DNA of 55,097 nucleotides from Phoronis australis (taxonomy: Eukaryota > Animalia > Phoronida), in the NCBI GenBank assembly GCA_002633005.1, contig NMRA01000545.1, positions 36,654 to 91,750 of the forward strand, given 5' to 3'. Below are positions 11,910-24,782 of this stretch, piece after piece. The notes beneath the pieces are model-generated. The model ran no database searches. It was not told the DNA's origin and worked only from the letters and a program-made list of their open reading frames with translations. A program made the position numbers and the translations under genes. Numbering within the stretch: position 1 is the first letter of the stretch; every line of letters begins with the position of its first letter.

Positions 11910-13059
11910 GTAAGGCAATCCTCACAAGCATTGTTAACTGTTTACACTCGCAGTTTACTTGTACAAATTTTGTCAATTTATTGAACTGGGTCAGACTTTC
12001 ATGTTAAATTGTGGTGAAATGCAAATTTGTCTATAAAGTACCACCTTTTGTTTATCTCCTTTTCTAAGTATGGTATAATTCTTCAGTTTCGGACAGTGAA
12101 AATTTAATTATTTTGTTGAAGGTCGTAGCTTGTCCCAAATTCTAGAAATAGACAATATCGCTGTCCCAAATTCAAGAATCACCGGAAATAAGGCACAATT
12201 ACTGACTCTGTAGGTTGAAAATACATTGTCCGAAATTAAAGGAATATGGTATACAACAAAACTGCTCTTGTCCAAATTCCAGAATCGAGAAAATCTAACA
12301 ACCATAAATTTGAAGTGCAAAAATGATTGCAGGGTAAAAGTTGGTTGGTGCCGTAAAGTAATACATGTTGATGCACTCTGTATGAACAGAGCCACCTCAT
12401 TTTGGATCTGATATATGTTGTAAATGTCATATGACGTGTATCCTCACTGAACTGCATATCATAATATCATAATATGTCATAATGTGTACACGTTTTTATT
12501 TTCACAAAGTAGCATTTGAGCTAATGTTAACTTCTAAATTACATCTTAACCCAACTTTAAAGGGACAATCTCAGCGAAAAAAAGTGATTCTACAGAAATT
12601 TCCAGTAACGCGGAGTCGAACCCTTTAGGTCCACAAAAGCACCTGAACGCTCTCATTGCTGAGCCAAAATGCCACGCGCTATACAGCACAGCATTTTAAT
12701 TGTATTGAAGTGGTAAGAACTTAGGCATGTGGACGCTAAGCTAAATGGGCACAATTTAAGGAAAAGTGTTCTAGAGAAACTCGTAATGGGAACAAGACTA
12801 TAATGACTCATATACCAAAAAGGAGGTCTTGGCGAAATTGCAAACTCCAGAGTGAAATAAATTGAGTTAGTGGTAGCAAATCTTACCGTTGAAGCAGTCA
12901 TTGAACTCCATTTGGTTCAGTGTGATATCATTATAATTAGGAAAGCTAACTTGCTTATTATAAACCAAACAAAAGGTTGTCTTGCATAACATGAACCAAA
13001 GATGGTGCTGCACGGGTCTTTAAGTTGACTTGAACCAAAAACAATATTGGTGAAATGTA

Positions 13060-13400
13060 AACTTGAACTTTGGTCATAATCTGCTCCAGGCCTTGATTTA
13101 TAACAATGTTTCCTATTGATGATGTTAGTTTTGGGCCAAATAAGGATCAGAAACCCCGGCACAATTGTTGTTAACATTCTGTATCTGCATTATTATTAAC
13201 TTCACAAGTCCAACGTTTCGACGAAGTTCGATTTATTATTCTCAAGGAGTTCACAAAACCGAACAACAGGATCACAAGTAACAAAATCAACTGAAGCAAA
13301 ACTCACATGCAAAGGTGTAAAGCTATGGGAAAGGGTGAGCTCAACCTACCCCAGATTGTCATTCAGTGAAGCTCTAGCATCTAAATCGACAATGGCAATC
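13060..13400 (-). mobile_element. Highly degraded Penelope-like 3' remnant with hammerhead-like motif
   Basis: Weak GIY-YIG-like remnants (WPKTNIINRKHCYKSR; ASLNDNLG) and the - strand motif TCCTTGAGAAT...TCGAAACGTTGGA (13248-13209). Confidence 0.4.
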
Positions 13401-13709
13401 TGAATCATTGTCATTGTGACAAATTGTCGGATTAGCATAATCTATTACATGACCTGTTTCCATAGAAGAAATACAGAGGACACTGTTGTCACTTTTAGAA
13501 TGTTCTTGCTCTTTGACCTAATCTCCGAGTTGTCATACCAACATAAAACTCACCACACTGGCAGTTAAACATGACCCAATGATAAATCTTGCTGTTTCGG
13601 TGGCACATGATTTTAAATCTTTACATTTTATTAATTTTGTTCTGACTAAGACGGAATGGGGTGAACATTAAAAGAACATTTTGCATTTAGTTCTTTGTTG
13701 TCATTACAG

Positions 13710-13842
13710 CGTGCGTGTTTGGGATGTGATTATTCTCACACCAAATGCTCTGTTCCTGCTTTTCCTATTGGCTGGTCTTTACCATGGTCAGCGCCGATTC
13801 AGACAGACCCGTAGCTCCACTATACTCACATTCTACGGCTTG
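13710..13842 (+). CDS. TPRA1: TPRA1 coding exon 2
   Basis: TTACAG| VRVWDVIILTPNALFLLFLL...SSTILTFYGL |GTAAGA; matches the TPRA1 VR.WD...L.PN.LFL.FLL motif. Confidence 0.92.
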
Positions 13843-14110
13843 GTAAGATATACATGTTCAGCTATGTGCATTTGAACGCTGGTTCTGGCTTGCAATGACT
13901 TCTCAAGTACAATAAATTATACCTCTCCCCATGAATGGTTTATTTTGTCTATTAGAGAATAACTGCCCCTATCAAACAACACTTCAAATTCAGGCACTTA
14001 CATTTTAGTCATCTATTATTTACTATTACTTAAATCTAGTAGCATATTTCAATGTGTTCTTGACTTAGCCCTTTGTGGAGATGGAACTGCAGCTTGTTTT
14101 GTATTTCAAG

Positions 14111-14261
14111 GTGTGGATGGTGACAGTAATAGGCGTGGTTCGTGCCGCTGTTTCCATGACGATTACCAAGGGAGACGTGACTGACAAGGTTCTGTGGTTG
14201 GTGCTCAGATTTTTCTTGTTGGCCACAGAGCTCTCTGTCCTAGTGTTTGGGGTATTTATGG
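14111..14261 (+). CDS. TPRA1: TPRA1 coding exon 3
   Basis: VWMVTVIGVVRAAVSMT...DKVLWLVLRFFLLATELSVLVFGVFM(G); canonical AG/GTAAG boundaries. Confidence 0.95.
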
Positions 14262-15139
14262 GTAAGCCTTTTTGTGGTTTTGAATAATTAAAGTTCGAAT
14301 TTGCTTGGCCGGTGGGGTATGAGAAACTGCTGTTTAAGAGTGATTAAAATGAAAACGTTCAGGAGTCTGCAATTTGGGGAAAAACTTTGTTTTTTAAAAC
14401 ATTGTGTTGTTTCGTTTCTTCATTTTTTGGTCAGGCTTAGCAAGGAGATGAGAAGTCAGCTTTGAACTTATTAACACGTAATTATTTAAAGCTGCGTTTT
14501 GCTTTGACGTCACTTTAAACATATTTCAATTCCTTAACTTAAGACCCATAACCAACACCTGAATCTGCTCTGTACTAATGGTACTTGTTCATTGTTGCGT
14601 CACATTACTCATCACTTGTTTTTGCATGGAGGTCTCCGCGTGCCATTTTCGAATTTCACGTTTGGCAAACCCCAATAAAATCGACAATTTACCAATGTGT
14701 TTCTTGACCTATTGATGGTTTGTGTGTTCCTTTTGGTATTAGAAACAGGTCCTATCATCATAAGGAAGATTTTGAGACCGATTTTTTTAGAGTGAAAATC
14801 CTGATTCAAATTTCTTTTTTAACCAGCGAAACATGGTGAAATGCAGCCTTGTAAGTGAGAGAATGCTCGATTTCTACTCCCCATCTTCTCTATCATGCCC
14901 TGCATTTAAATCCCCATGGCGACAAGTGAGCCGCAACTCAACTCGTTAATTTTGATTATTTACTAAATCTAATCTTTGTATCAGGCTTGTAATCTTGTCA
15001 TCTATAAATCTGTTTTTTGACTGGGCTCTTAGTACCACATAAAGCAGTATTATAATTTCAATAAGGTTCCAAATGTGAATCGTATCGATAGAAGTGAGAG
15101 CAGATTAGTTTCTACGCTTTTTGTTGGTAGGTTATTTCC

Positions 15140-15545
15140 TGTTGGTTTTCTAGACAATGGTGTAGCTTATTGCATTCTTCTCTTGTCATTTAAGTTTGTG
15201 TAGTTTATTGTATTGTTTTGGTTACTTGTAAATCATTTGGACAACTTTAAGTTTATTGCGTTGTTTACCTGTAGGTCACCTTGACAACATTAAATTGATT
15301 GCTTACCTGTAGGTCATCTTGACAACATTGACTTTGGTGCTTTGTTCGCGTGTAGGTCATTTAAACAATGTTAAGTTTATTGTATTGTTTAAAGTGTAGG
15401 TCGTCTAGACAATAGTAAGTTTAATGTATTGCTTACCTGTAGGTCATCTAGAAAGTATTGCATTTATTGTATTGTTGACCTGTAGGTCATCTCGACAACA
15501 TTGTTTATTAATGTATTGTTTACCTGCAGGTCATCTAGACAACAG
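15140..15545 (+). repeat. ~43-bp tandem repeat built from the TPRA1 intron 3/exon 4 junction
   Basis: About 8-9 copies of TTGT(A/T)TTGTTTACCTGTAG|GTCATCTAGACAAC; the last copy (CTGCAG) is the real acceptor. Confidence 0.85.
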
Positions 15546-15609
15546 GCGGAGCATCCTGTATGTGCTGGTCATCAGTATGCTCATGTCGCTGGTCTACTCT
15601 TCTACGCAA
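15530..15609 (+). CDS. TPRA1: TPRA1 coding exon 4
   Basis: CTGCAG| (G)HLDNRRSILYVLVISMLMSLVYSSTQ |GTAAGT. Confidence 0.93.
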
Positions 15610-16070
15610 GTAAGTAATAGGCTCTTGATGTAGCAGAGCACCTGGGATCATGAGTCCAGGCAAGGAAACACCCTATACTCCAACCTGTTAACTCCATTTT
15701 TGGGAGCATTTGAAACACAATGATCAATTTGAATGACATGCCGTTTTTAGATATGAAGGCAGTTGTCATTTTTCTCATGTTTTCTGTTTATCAGTCATGG
15801 CAAAAATGTTAAGTGCTGTCAGACTTATTTGATCATGTCTCCAACAGGTGGCAGTCAGTTAAGTGCTGTCATCATGCAAGCCCCCCCCGAGTCCCCCTGG
15901 GTGCGCGCATGTTGATTCCTCTTGCAGTTGAACTGTGTAGAAAATACAAAACGATCTGTTTCTGTTGATAAAATAAAAAATGTGTAGAGTGCCCGTCACA
16001 CTTCTTGTTGTTCACAAAGTGTAAAGGACTCTGTATGTTCTTACCCAGTTGTCTTCGTTTTCTCCTCTAG

Positions 16071-16187
16071 GCGGTGCTAGAAATTATGAAGCCAGACCCC
16101 AAGTTCCACACTGACGTCTTCGACTATGATATTTTTGGTCACGGGGGCATGTTATTTTGGTTCGTCAGCTCTACATTTTTCATGGTT
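16071..16187 (+). CDS. TPRA1: TPRA1 coding exon 5
   Basis: CTCTAG| AVLEIMKPDPKF...YDIFGHGGMLFWFVSSTFFMV |GTAAGT; GHGG..FW..SS motif. Confidence 0.95.
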
Positions 16188-16800
16188 GTAAGTTGAACTG
16201 GGCGGTTGTGTGAACTGATTCTGCATAAAGTCTTACTGTGTAATTTTTTTAATATCTCCAGAAACAGGTGGTGTTGAGTGTAGATGCAAACGAGTAGGTT
16301 GACAAATAATAAGAAGTTTGTGGACACAAGTCGGGTATTTCACTACTTGCAAAAATTTTTAATTTTTTTTAGTGCAGTCATTCACTAGCGGTGATAGGTA
16401 TGAATCATGTATGTGTGTGTTAATACCGTTTGATTGTTTGTGCAATAATCTATAACTAGTGAAAAAACCAACCATTTGCGTACTTCTACAATTTAAAACG
16501 TAAAACGTAAGGTTGTTTAATGTGCACATTTACTCATTGCAAGTCAATCTTACTTCCGCTCAAAACGTTGATGAAATACCGTATTCGCCATAATAACCTC
16601 TCATGCCCCCATAAGCGCCCCCCCACGCGTTTTCAGACTTTGCTAAAGTAAGCGCCCAGTCCATGAATGTGTACGTGCGAAAAATGCCTTACCTACAATC
16701 CTAAAATTCTACAGTAACGTCTTCAATTTATCAATGATATCCGACAGTCCTGAAAAAAGTTATTGTGCGCAGAATTTGTAGACCATGAGCCTCGCCGCTA

Positions 16801-19800
16801 CAGCACACATCACGAATTTTTGTCCGCCCGGTCGGAAATTGGTCGACGTCCGGCCGTTGACCGGTCGTCTAGCCGACCAGCAGCCGATCAACAACGGTTG
16901 GCTAGGAGCTGTCTGCCGAGTTGCCTCTGTGGTCGGCACTTGGGTCGGCTAAGTGGTTGCCTAGCGTAGACGACCAATTCGGATTAAGCGTGTCCTTGGT
17001 CGGCAATTACCATTTTATGACTTCGCGGTTGAACTTTGGCCAAACAAACATTTAACTGTTCGCTGTTCGTTCACCAGTGGCATCTCCGGTCTTGACATCG
17101 GTTTATCAACTTTTGTCACACTATTGAAAGGAGGTAAAATCGAATCAACCTACAAATACGAAGTGTGTGATTTTACACCAGCCTCAAACCTTATGTTGAA
17201 TTAATGACGGCGTGGTAAAATCAAACGTTAAGTGAGATCGCGGAAGCATAATTTCTAACTTTAGAAATTAGACTTTTTATGCAGTACTTTATGCATAAAA
17301 ACAAGCACGAACTTTGAAATTTTACAGTAAATTTGCATAAAAATCAGAATACAACACTGGATGTTTTACTACCTCAAGTGTTTTCATGCAGCGGAATGCT
17401 CAACAAGCATCACGCATTTGCGCTCATCCGTTATTGCTCTTGATCATTACTTCATCACGCTGTATATTGCGATTTACCACAGATAATTATTGCTTATTTC
17501 TGTATAATTTCTTAATATGTTGGTACAGCAATAGAACCCAAGTTTATTTTAGGAACAACATAAACAATGGTTTGAACATAGCGCCGATATTACATGTAAA
17601 TCATGGGCGCATGAAAACGGAAGACTGTGATCGGTTTATAGTGTCATCCATCATCATTCTGAAATTGTTGTCACTTTCGCTGTACAAAATCTTTTCGAAA
17701 CTAGAGCATTCCTATCTAGCCAGCTAGTTGTATAAAGACTATTTTCAAAATACAGCCACTGCTTATTGAGATCAAACAGACCTCGAAACTTCACACAGCC
17801 CAGATAGTTACGCTTGTAACCTCGTCGAAAAGCTTGTATCAACATGAGCTCAAGACCGGCGGGTGTGCATGCAAAATCTAGAAGTCAATTGGCATTCAAG
17901 TTGCCCGTTACGGCCGTTTAAGCGAAAAACATCCGACGTCATCTTCCTGCGTAATTCTCTGCCTTTTTTAACGAAAAAACCTATGCCGTCGTTTAGAAAA
18001 AAATTCATTCGTGACACGCGCCACTTCCAAAATGTTTTCAACATCTCCCATTAGATGATGACAACATCTCAGCAAAATTTGTTCTAAAATTCGGTTCACT
18101 GATATCAAAATTCCAAAAACATATAATGAAGTCAAACCAATCCTGATCATTTGTTGTGACGTTTACGCAACCTCTTTGGAGAACGTTTGATTGAAGAATC
18201 TGGGAAAAAAGAAACTGGCTAAAAGGTGACGCAATATTTCATTGGGTCGAAAGTCGACGCATAATATCACACCATAACTTTAGCAGCAGAATAATTGTAA
18301 AAAACCATTTTTTGCAACGCTGGTAAATAATTTAGATTACTCTAGGAAGATTTTATTCGGTCAGTTTTTAACCACAATGGCACAAATTTGTATATTTAAT
18401 TTAGTAAACAGCTTCGCACCAAGGCTAGAGCCTTCCGAGCCCTTTGGCATAAGAACACAATACTTGGTGTTTTGCGTATACTTCAAGGGGTAAAACTTTG
18501 AAAATAATATTTTTGGGGTAACCTGGTACATGTAATCTGTGTTTTCATGTAGAGCGTAAAAATGAATAACCCATTGATTCAAAAAAACACTCTCGCAAAC
18601 GAAAACGCACACAATTTTCAGCTATATTACACTGGTTAAAAAACAACTTCTATAAGTTTATTGCCTCGGATTCTAGTGATCACCAGGGCAAGTCAAAACT
18701 CTTAAGGGGGCGCAATTTCAAACCTTTGGCATGAATCAGTGATATAAAAATGGAAATAGACCGACTTAAGTTCATCAGCAATGTAGACACAACAGTTACA
18801 GACACTGACTGCGTTTGTTAACGTCTTGTGGCAATGATAAAAATAATTTTTTCTACTGATTGATAACAAGTTTTACTCTGATGAGGTAGGATGCAATTTG
18901 AATGTCTAATATGCAGATCGGCAGTTGCAAAAATAGTTACTGGGTTTACTGAGTCCGTTTTTATGAACCACTGTAAAAGTATGATTACTTATTGTACATT
19001 CGAAGCACGCCTCATTAGAATAAAACATACATGTGCTTGTTGATCCTGGTGGTACCTCTATTACAGGCATGAATGAAGATATATAGTTGTTAAGCCATAG
19101 AGGATAATAAAGCTTACATAATATCACACTGAGCCATCTATGTACACCAGGCATATACAAAGGATACAGTATTTCAAAAGAAGCCTCAACTACTCATTTT
19201 TCATAGTCATAACTACTCATTTTTCATAGTATTACTAAATCACGAACACCTAGATTTATATAAGAAGTTACATAGTACGATGCTACACAACATGCTCTCC
19301 CACATTTATGGGAGGCCTAATTTGAAACATTTAACGACATATCTTTTCTATGCAAGATTAAAACCAAGCAAAACATGTGAAGCTCTCCAGGACTAAAAAT
19401 AAATATCTCAAAACCAGAAATTTTACTTATTAAGCAGGAATTAAAACAATCCAATACATTGAGATTGTTTTCACACAGAAGACCACAGAGCAAATAAAGA
19501 CCAAAATTCACCACGTCAAGGCTGAAAATTTATCACATCAGCACCTATAATTTATCAAGTGAGGACCAAAAATTCTTCACTTCAGGATCAAAAAAAAATA
19601 CGACCGAACTGAAAATTTAATAAGTCAGGTTCAAAAACTTACTGTGTCAGTAACTTTCACGCCAGAACACCACGTCCCATCCCCAAGCATGGATCTTTCA
19701 AAGTGATAGTGTCCGTACTACATGTATACATATAAATAAGGGCTATATGTTAAACCTCTCGCCGACAACAGACCTATTATCTTGGAAATGCGGTTGAATT

Positions 19801-21912
19801 TCTTTTGTCTAATCCACGTTTTACAATAGATGCCAATGTATAGGTACACACTGGATTGTCACCATTGCATAATGGGTGATCACGTAGCCTCCGGGCTTGA
19901 AAACAACTCTCTCTCCTGGCATGATAAGTTTTCTGACACAATGAATCCTGGTTGCCAATTATTTTTGATTCTACAGATATTTCAATTCCTGAATAGAAAA
20001 TGTGTGTTCTGGATGTTTTCGCTTCAGCTTTCCATTCAGCTAACTAGTGTACAGCACAGTGTTTTTACTATCCCGTGGCTGCTCCACTGCAACGAATCAC
20101 TTCTAGTACAACCTTCCGTAAATGACGTTCGTATTTTGCACATTTCTTCGGGGAACAGTTTTCCAAGAGCTATATCTTCATTGGACAAGAATACCAGTCT
20201 CAGGTAGTCCTTGAGCTCATGCTCTGAATGTTTTGAAAACGCAACTCTTTCTTTACGCAGATACCCTTTTCTGCCCGTGGACACCGACTCGCTGAATTCA
20301 TCAACCAAACATTTATTTTTAAAAATGCCCTCAAAAGTGTACTTTTTTAAAACACCGAGTTGACCATAGTCGTCAGTGTAGAAAAGCGAAATGAACAAAT
20401 TTGTACACAGTGCTCAAAGCACTTTTGTGGACATACGGAAACACCAACGTCTCTGTCTTACAACGCTGCGTGTACTTGGCATTTCATTTCATGCTGGAAA
20501 CTTTTTTAAGACTGAGCACCGTTTCAAAAAGTAGTATTTTTTCTTACAGCTGAGAACAGAAAAATTATTCTGCGATTTTAGGACTGAAATGGAACCAAAT
20601 CTCGAGTGGTGACTCATTAGAATGTGCAAAACTCGGGGAGGGGGGCGTGGCGATATATATACAAGCATGATTTATTTATTTTTATTTTGTAGTTGCCACT
20701 TCTCATTCTACCTAAGGTGGCCAGATCATACGCTATCAATGTCACCAGACGCTTTGCTTCTCAAAAGTGCACCTTTGTGTATTTTCTATCATTTTTTGCC
20801 ATCGCAATCGCTTTACCAAAGGTTCGCGCACATATGCCGCGTAGTGAATACTTCTTCATCACGTATTCACATCTTCCCGTTCACAATTTTTTTATTTTGC
20901 ATAATTTGTCAATATGTTGTTGACAGAAAATATTTATTTTTGGAACAATGTGAACGACCAACTGATAGGGGACTACGTGTAGACATGTAACTGCTAGCCC
21001 GGATTTTAACGTCACCGATACATGAAAACGGAATGCGCAAAGCTACAATTGCCTGCAGCCTCAACAGTGGTGATGTCACCGTCTTAGTTCTTGGAAATCG
21101 TAACCATAATATGATTTCGAAGTTAGAGCCATCGAAGTCCGTGGGTTTAGGGCATACTGGACCGTGAATTTCGCGTCTGTACTGCAAGGGTCAATACTAT
21201 GAAAATGAAATCTCCGGAGTGAAAGCTCTTCGCGGTGTAACAACTCACTCACTAATCCATCATCATGAGCGCGTGATAGGAGACCGGTGACTAACTTAAA
21301 AAACGCAAAAAGATGCAGTTTGGCGTTACACAAACAAAATCAATTGCGGGTGAAGACTGTTAAAAATAGCTGCGTTTACAAAATGACTACAGCGTTGTAT
21401 TGACCGGGAAGCAACCAATCTAATACATCTTGTTAACGTCACGAGTCAAATTAAAGATCAAATGTAAAGAAAACTTGCACGTTTTTCATCCAAAACTTGT
21501 TGCATTGTCCATAATCCAATGTTTACTAGTACCGCTTGCCTTCAACCTTCGAATTAGTGGTGTTACACAACCGACGTGAACTCATGTAACCGAGACAGTA
21601 AAACTAGGTTAATTTATTTGACCCTGTGCTTAGACGAATATGCATCGACACGCAAAGTGGCATCAGCCTGACAACCTATTACGCAACTGCTACTCTAGCC
21701 TAAAAATAGCAGCCCACCAGCTGGTTGGCTGATGGCCGGTCGGCTGGAGGGTCGGCTGGGGAGTCGCCTTATGAGTCGGCACTGCGGGCGGCTGCCAATC
21801 GGCTGCCGGTCGGCTAATTTTTAGCCGACCGGTCGGCTAATTGGCCGACCGGTCGACGGCTAGTCGTCGACCAATTTCCGACCGGGCGGATAAAAATTTG
21901 TGATGTGTGCTG
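16801..21912. mobile_element. 5.1-kb TIR DNA element, TA-flanked, no recognisable transposase
   Basis: TA|CAGCACACATCACGAATTTTTGTCCGCCCGGTCGGAAATTGGTCGACG is mirrored at 21865-21912|TA with two mismatches in 48 bp; GC-rich GCCGACCGGTCGGC-type subterminal palindromes at both ends. Confidence 0.85.
19380..19660. repeat. Degenerate ~20-22-bp tandem repeat inside the 5.1-kb element
   Basis: Recurring (CAG)GAC(T/C)AAAAATTTATCAAGT-like units. Confidence 0.45.
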
Positions 21913-23606
21913 TATGTCGGTATGTAGCCATGACTATACACTTCAAACTTCAACCATGCCTCAAAACGAACACAAAAGTTCTGCTAATATTGCGAGGACC
22001 AATGGTTTGGCCTTTCAGAACAGAAGTAGACTTGTCTACGAGATGGCTTTGTAGATATTTCCCAATTTTAACATGAATCCAAACTTCTTTGTAAGCCTAC
22101 ACGTGAAAACCGCGAATCGAAGACTAATAAAAAGCTTGGCCAGTGTTAAAAGCATGTGGCCAGGAAGCGCGCGCTACATACATGAACCTGTCATCAAAGA
22201 CATTAGTCGGGAACTATCCATTCATGAAACGGGTAGTATAGCATCGGCAAGAAATGAATATTGGCACTAATTTCCGACAGTTTCTAATATTATAAAATAT
22301 GTTTGCGTTATTTTTAAGATGAATTGTTTGATTAACCATAATTGGTGTTTTTGAGACAAAAATCCAATAAAAAGACCACTGACAGTGAATGCTTACACAC
22401 CCTTACACTGAAAAATAACTGTCAGATAGTCACGTTCGCCACATCCAGCCACACGGCGACTAATATGGCCTTACCAAGACAAATGTCGAACGTTTTTAGC
22501 GACATGGGACCGGCAAGTGCTGAATGAAACATGCTGTGGTTTAGGCCTACTGCTGCAAATTTCTTTAGATACAGTGCACATCTAGCTCGTTAGATTGCGT
22601 GGCTCTGGCCAAAAGACGGTATCTGCTCTGGCAAATGAACTCTGGTGACACGCACGCGCTCGCTTACTAACAAATGCAGACAACTTCAAAACAAATGTCA
22701 CGTGACAACAACATGTGTGTTCGTCCAGACATTTTTCTCAAGTTGCACCGATCGTACACGTAGATGGCACGATGTACTAGAACAGATTTGTACTTAAACC
22801 TGCCATGATCCCGACTCCACGGGAACTTAAAAATCTTAGGGAGGCTACTTGGAAAACTTCAGGTAATTTGTTTGAGTCTAATCTGTATTTTTTCTATTCA
22901 AGCATTCTAGTCGCCATATCGACGATTGCGAGGCAGGCAGTCGGCTAGTTTTCGCCCTGGGATTTCAGCACAATTTTCTGTAAAATGATCGTAATTTAGC
23001 AGCAAAGTTTGATAGCAATGCACCACGGTTTTGTAGAAAGTCTTTTCATAGGTTACACGTACGTCACAGGGTGTAAATATGATGAATCTTAGCTTCCGAT
23101 TTCACCCGTTTCGGAGACCGGGTTTCAACGGCCTTGGGTTATAATAAGCACCCCCTGAAAGGAACTTTTCTAAGTGCCCTGGGCAGTTATTATGACGAAT
23201 AGGGTAATGTCGATGAATATAGAACCCATATAATTTTTGCTTCTGACGCATAGGCTCGAGAACTTCACTTGAGAATCGTCTCAAAACTGTCTAATCGCAT
23301 CACTTGAAGTGTGAAAGTTTAAAAAGGTTCCTGTTTCGTAATTGAGTATCGTAATGAAAATGCTTGCAAAAATATAGGTGTTGTGGAACTTTGAATTCTC
23401 TTCTCGAGTTAGAAAATGGAGGTTTTATAAAAGATTTATTGTGCGTTGTCAGAGTGTGAGGATCTGTGTAACCTTATGAGTGTCTATGTTTCTGCAACAT
23501 CAGCTGGCAGTCTGTTGTTTAGCATTGTTGAAACTTGAACTTAATGGTTTTGTGCAGCCGTGATGTACGACGATTCATTTGTTCTCTGTTTTCTCTTGAA
23601 CTACAG

Positions 23607-23679
23607 GTATATACTGCTGTTGTCGCTCTTCCGTATCTGTCTAAACTCAGGGTATTCCCCGACAACATGGTCCTGCCGA
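23607..23679 (+). CDS. TPRA1: TPRA1 coding exon 6
   Basis: CTACAG| VYTAVVALPYLSKLRVFPDNMVLP |GTAAGT; phases consistent on both sides. Confidence 0.9.
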
Positions 23680-24109
23680 GTAAGTAACAACAGTGTTTGA
23701 AAGTGTTTTGTGGGAAATCGCTATCCAAGTGTTCACACGATATCTGAAGAGACGGTAAAATCTTGTCTGTTCGACAGTTTTCAAGTCTTGGAGATTCATC
23801 ATGATAAAATAATGATCCCAGAGTTTCTTGCCGTTCACCTCAAGATGGAAACTCTCTTAACATGTTGCGCGGATGCTATAGTAGTGACAGTTCAGTGAAG
23901 AATTATAAATTTTCCAAATCATTCAAGGAGTTATTCTGTTTTAAAAGTATGGCAAAAGCTTGTTTGATACCGGTAAAATGTCGCATTCCACATAGTGTGA
24001 GAACCAGTTTCCTCTGCTAAATAATGAGCTGGAAACTGGTTCTCAAGAAGTGGAACCTCTTTATCCACCTGTTCTCGTGTGTAACCCCTTGTACGTTGAT
24101 TTTTTACAG

Positions 24110-24212
24110 CCAAAACTTCCTTCTATGTCTACGCAGTAATCTTGGCATTGATGAATCTGTTACAAGCCATTGGTAGCATGCTCTTGTATAAAGATGTGCT
24201 GCCTGCTATGTG
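24110..24212 (+). CDS. TPRA1: TPRA1 coding exon 7
   Basis: TTACAG| (T)KTSFYVYAVILALMNLLQAIGSMLLYKDVLPAM(C) |GTAAGG. Confidence 0.95.
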
Positions 24213-24701
24213 GTAAGGAAGATATCTAGACTTAAACTGTACCCTAATCTCCCCGCATTCAACTGATTTTTGAAGACTTACACTGTGCAGTAATTGACAC
24301 TGCAAACTGGGCAGCCATTTACCCAGCCTCATTCTCAAGCTTCAAGGTGACACTGATAGGTTTTGCCATTTGAGGCCTTAGGATGGCACTGATCGGTTTA
24401 GCTGTTTGAGGCTTGGGCAGCCATTTCCCATCTAGGCTTGAAGGAAACTAAATGTTGATCGTCAGTAAGGAGACATTGTGTAGAACAATATTTTGGAAAA
24501 ATAAATGAGGATGGAGTAAATTGTCTTCTGGCCAAAAAATGGGCAAAATTTGTAGTAAGACTTTCACTAATTTTTTATTGCTTGGTAACTGTCAAAGCGG
24601 AGTAAATTGAGATTTTAACATTTCAACATTATTGTATGAGATAGTGTTAATTAGGGAAACAGATAGAAGCTTTTAATTTTAAAGCTGTTTCTTTTTTTCA
24701 G

Positions 24702-24782
24702 CGTAGTCGATGCGACGTCCTGTTTCTACTTTACATGTTTTGCTCCTCTGGTTTACGTTACATTTCTCCGGGAGTTTTTCAA
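24702..24782 (+). CDS. TPRA1: TPRA1 coding exon 8
   Basis: TTTCAG| VVDATSCFYFTCFAPLVYVTFLREFF |GTAAGT. Confidence 0.95.

Larger units (their letters stand above)
16579..23204. mobile_element. pogo/Tc1-mariner-type non-autonomous element split by a nested 5.1-kb insertion
   Basis: TA|CCGTATTCGCCATAATAAC ... GTTATTATGACGAATAGGG|TA with TAAGCGCCC/TAAGCACCC subterminal motifs; lies in the TPRA1 intron between coding exons 5 and 6. Confidence 0.7.
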
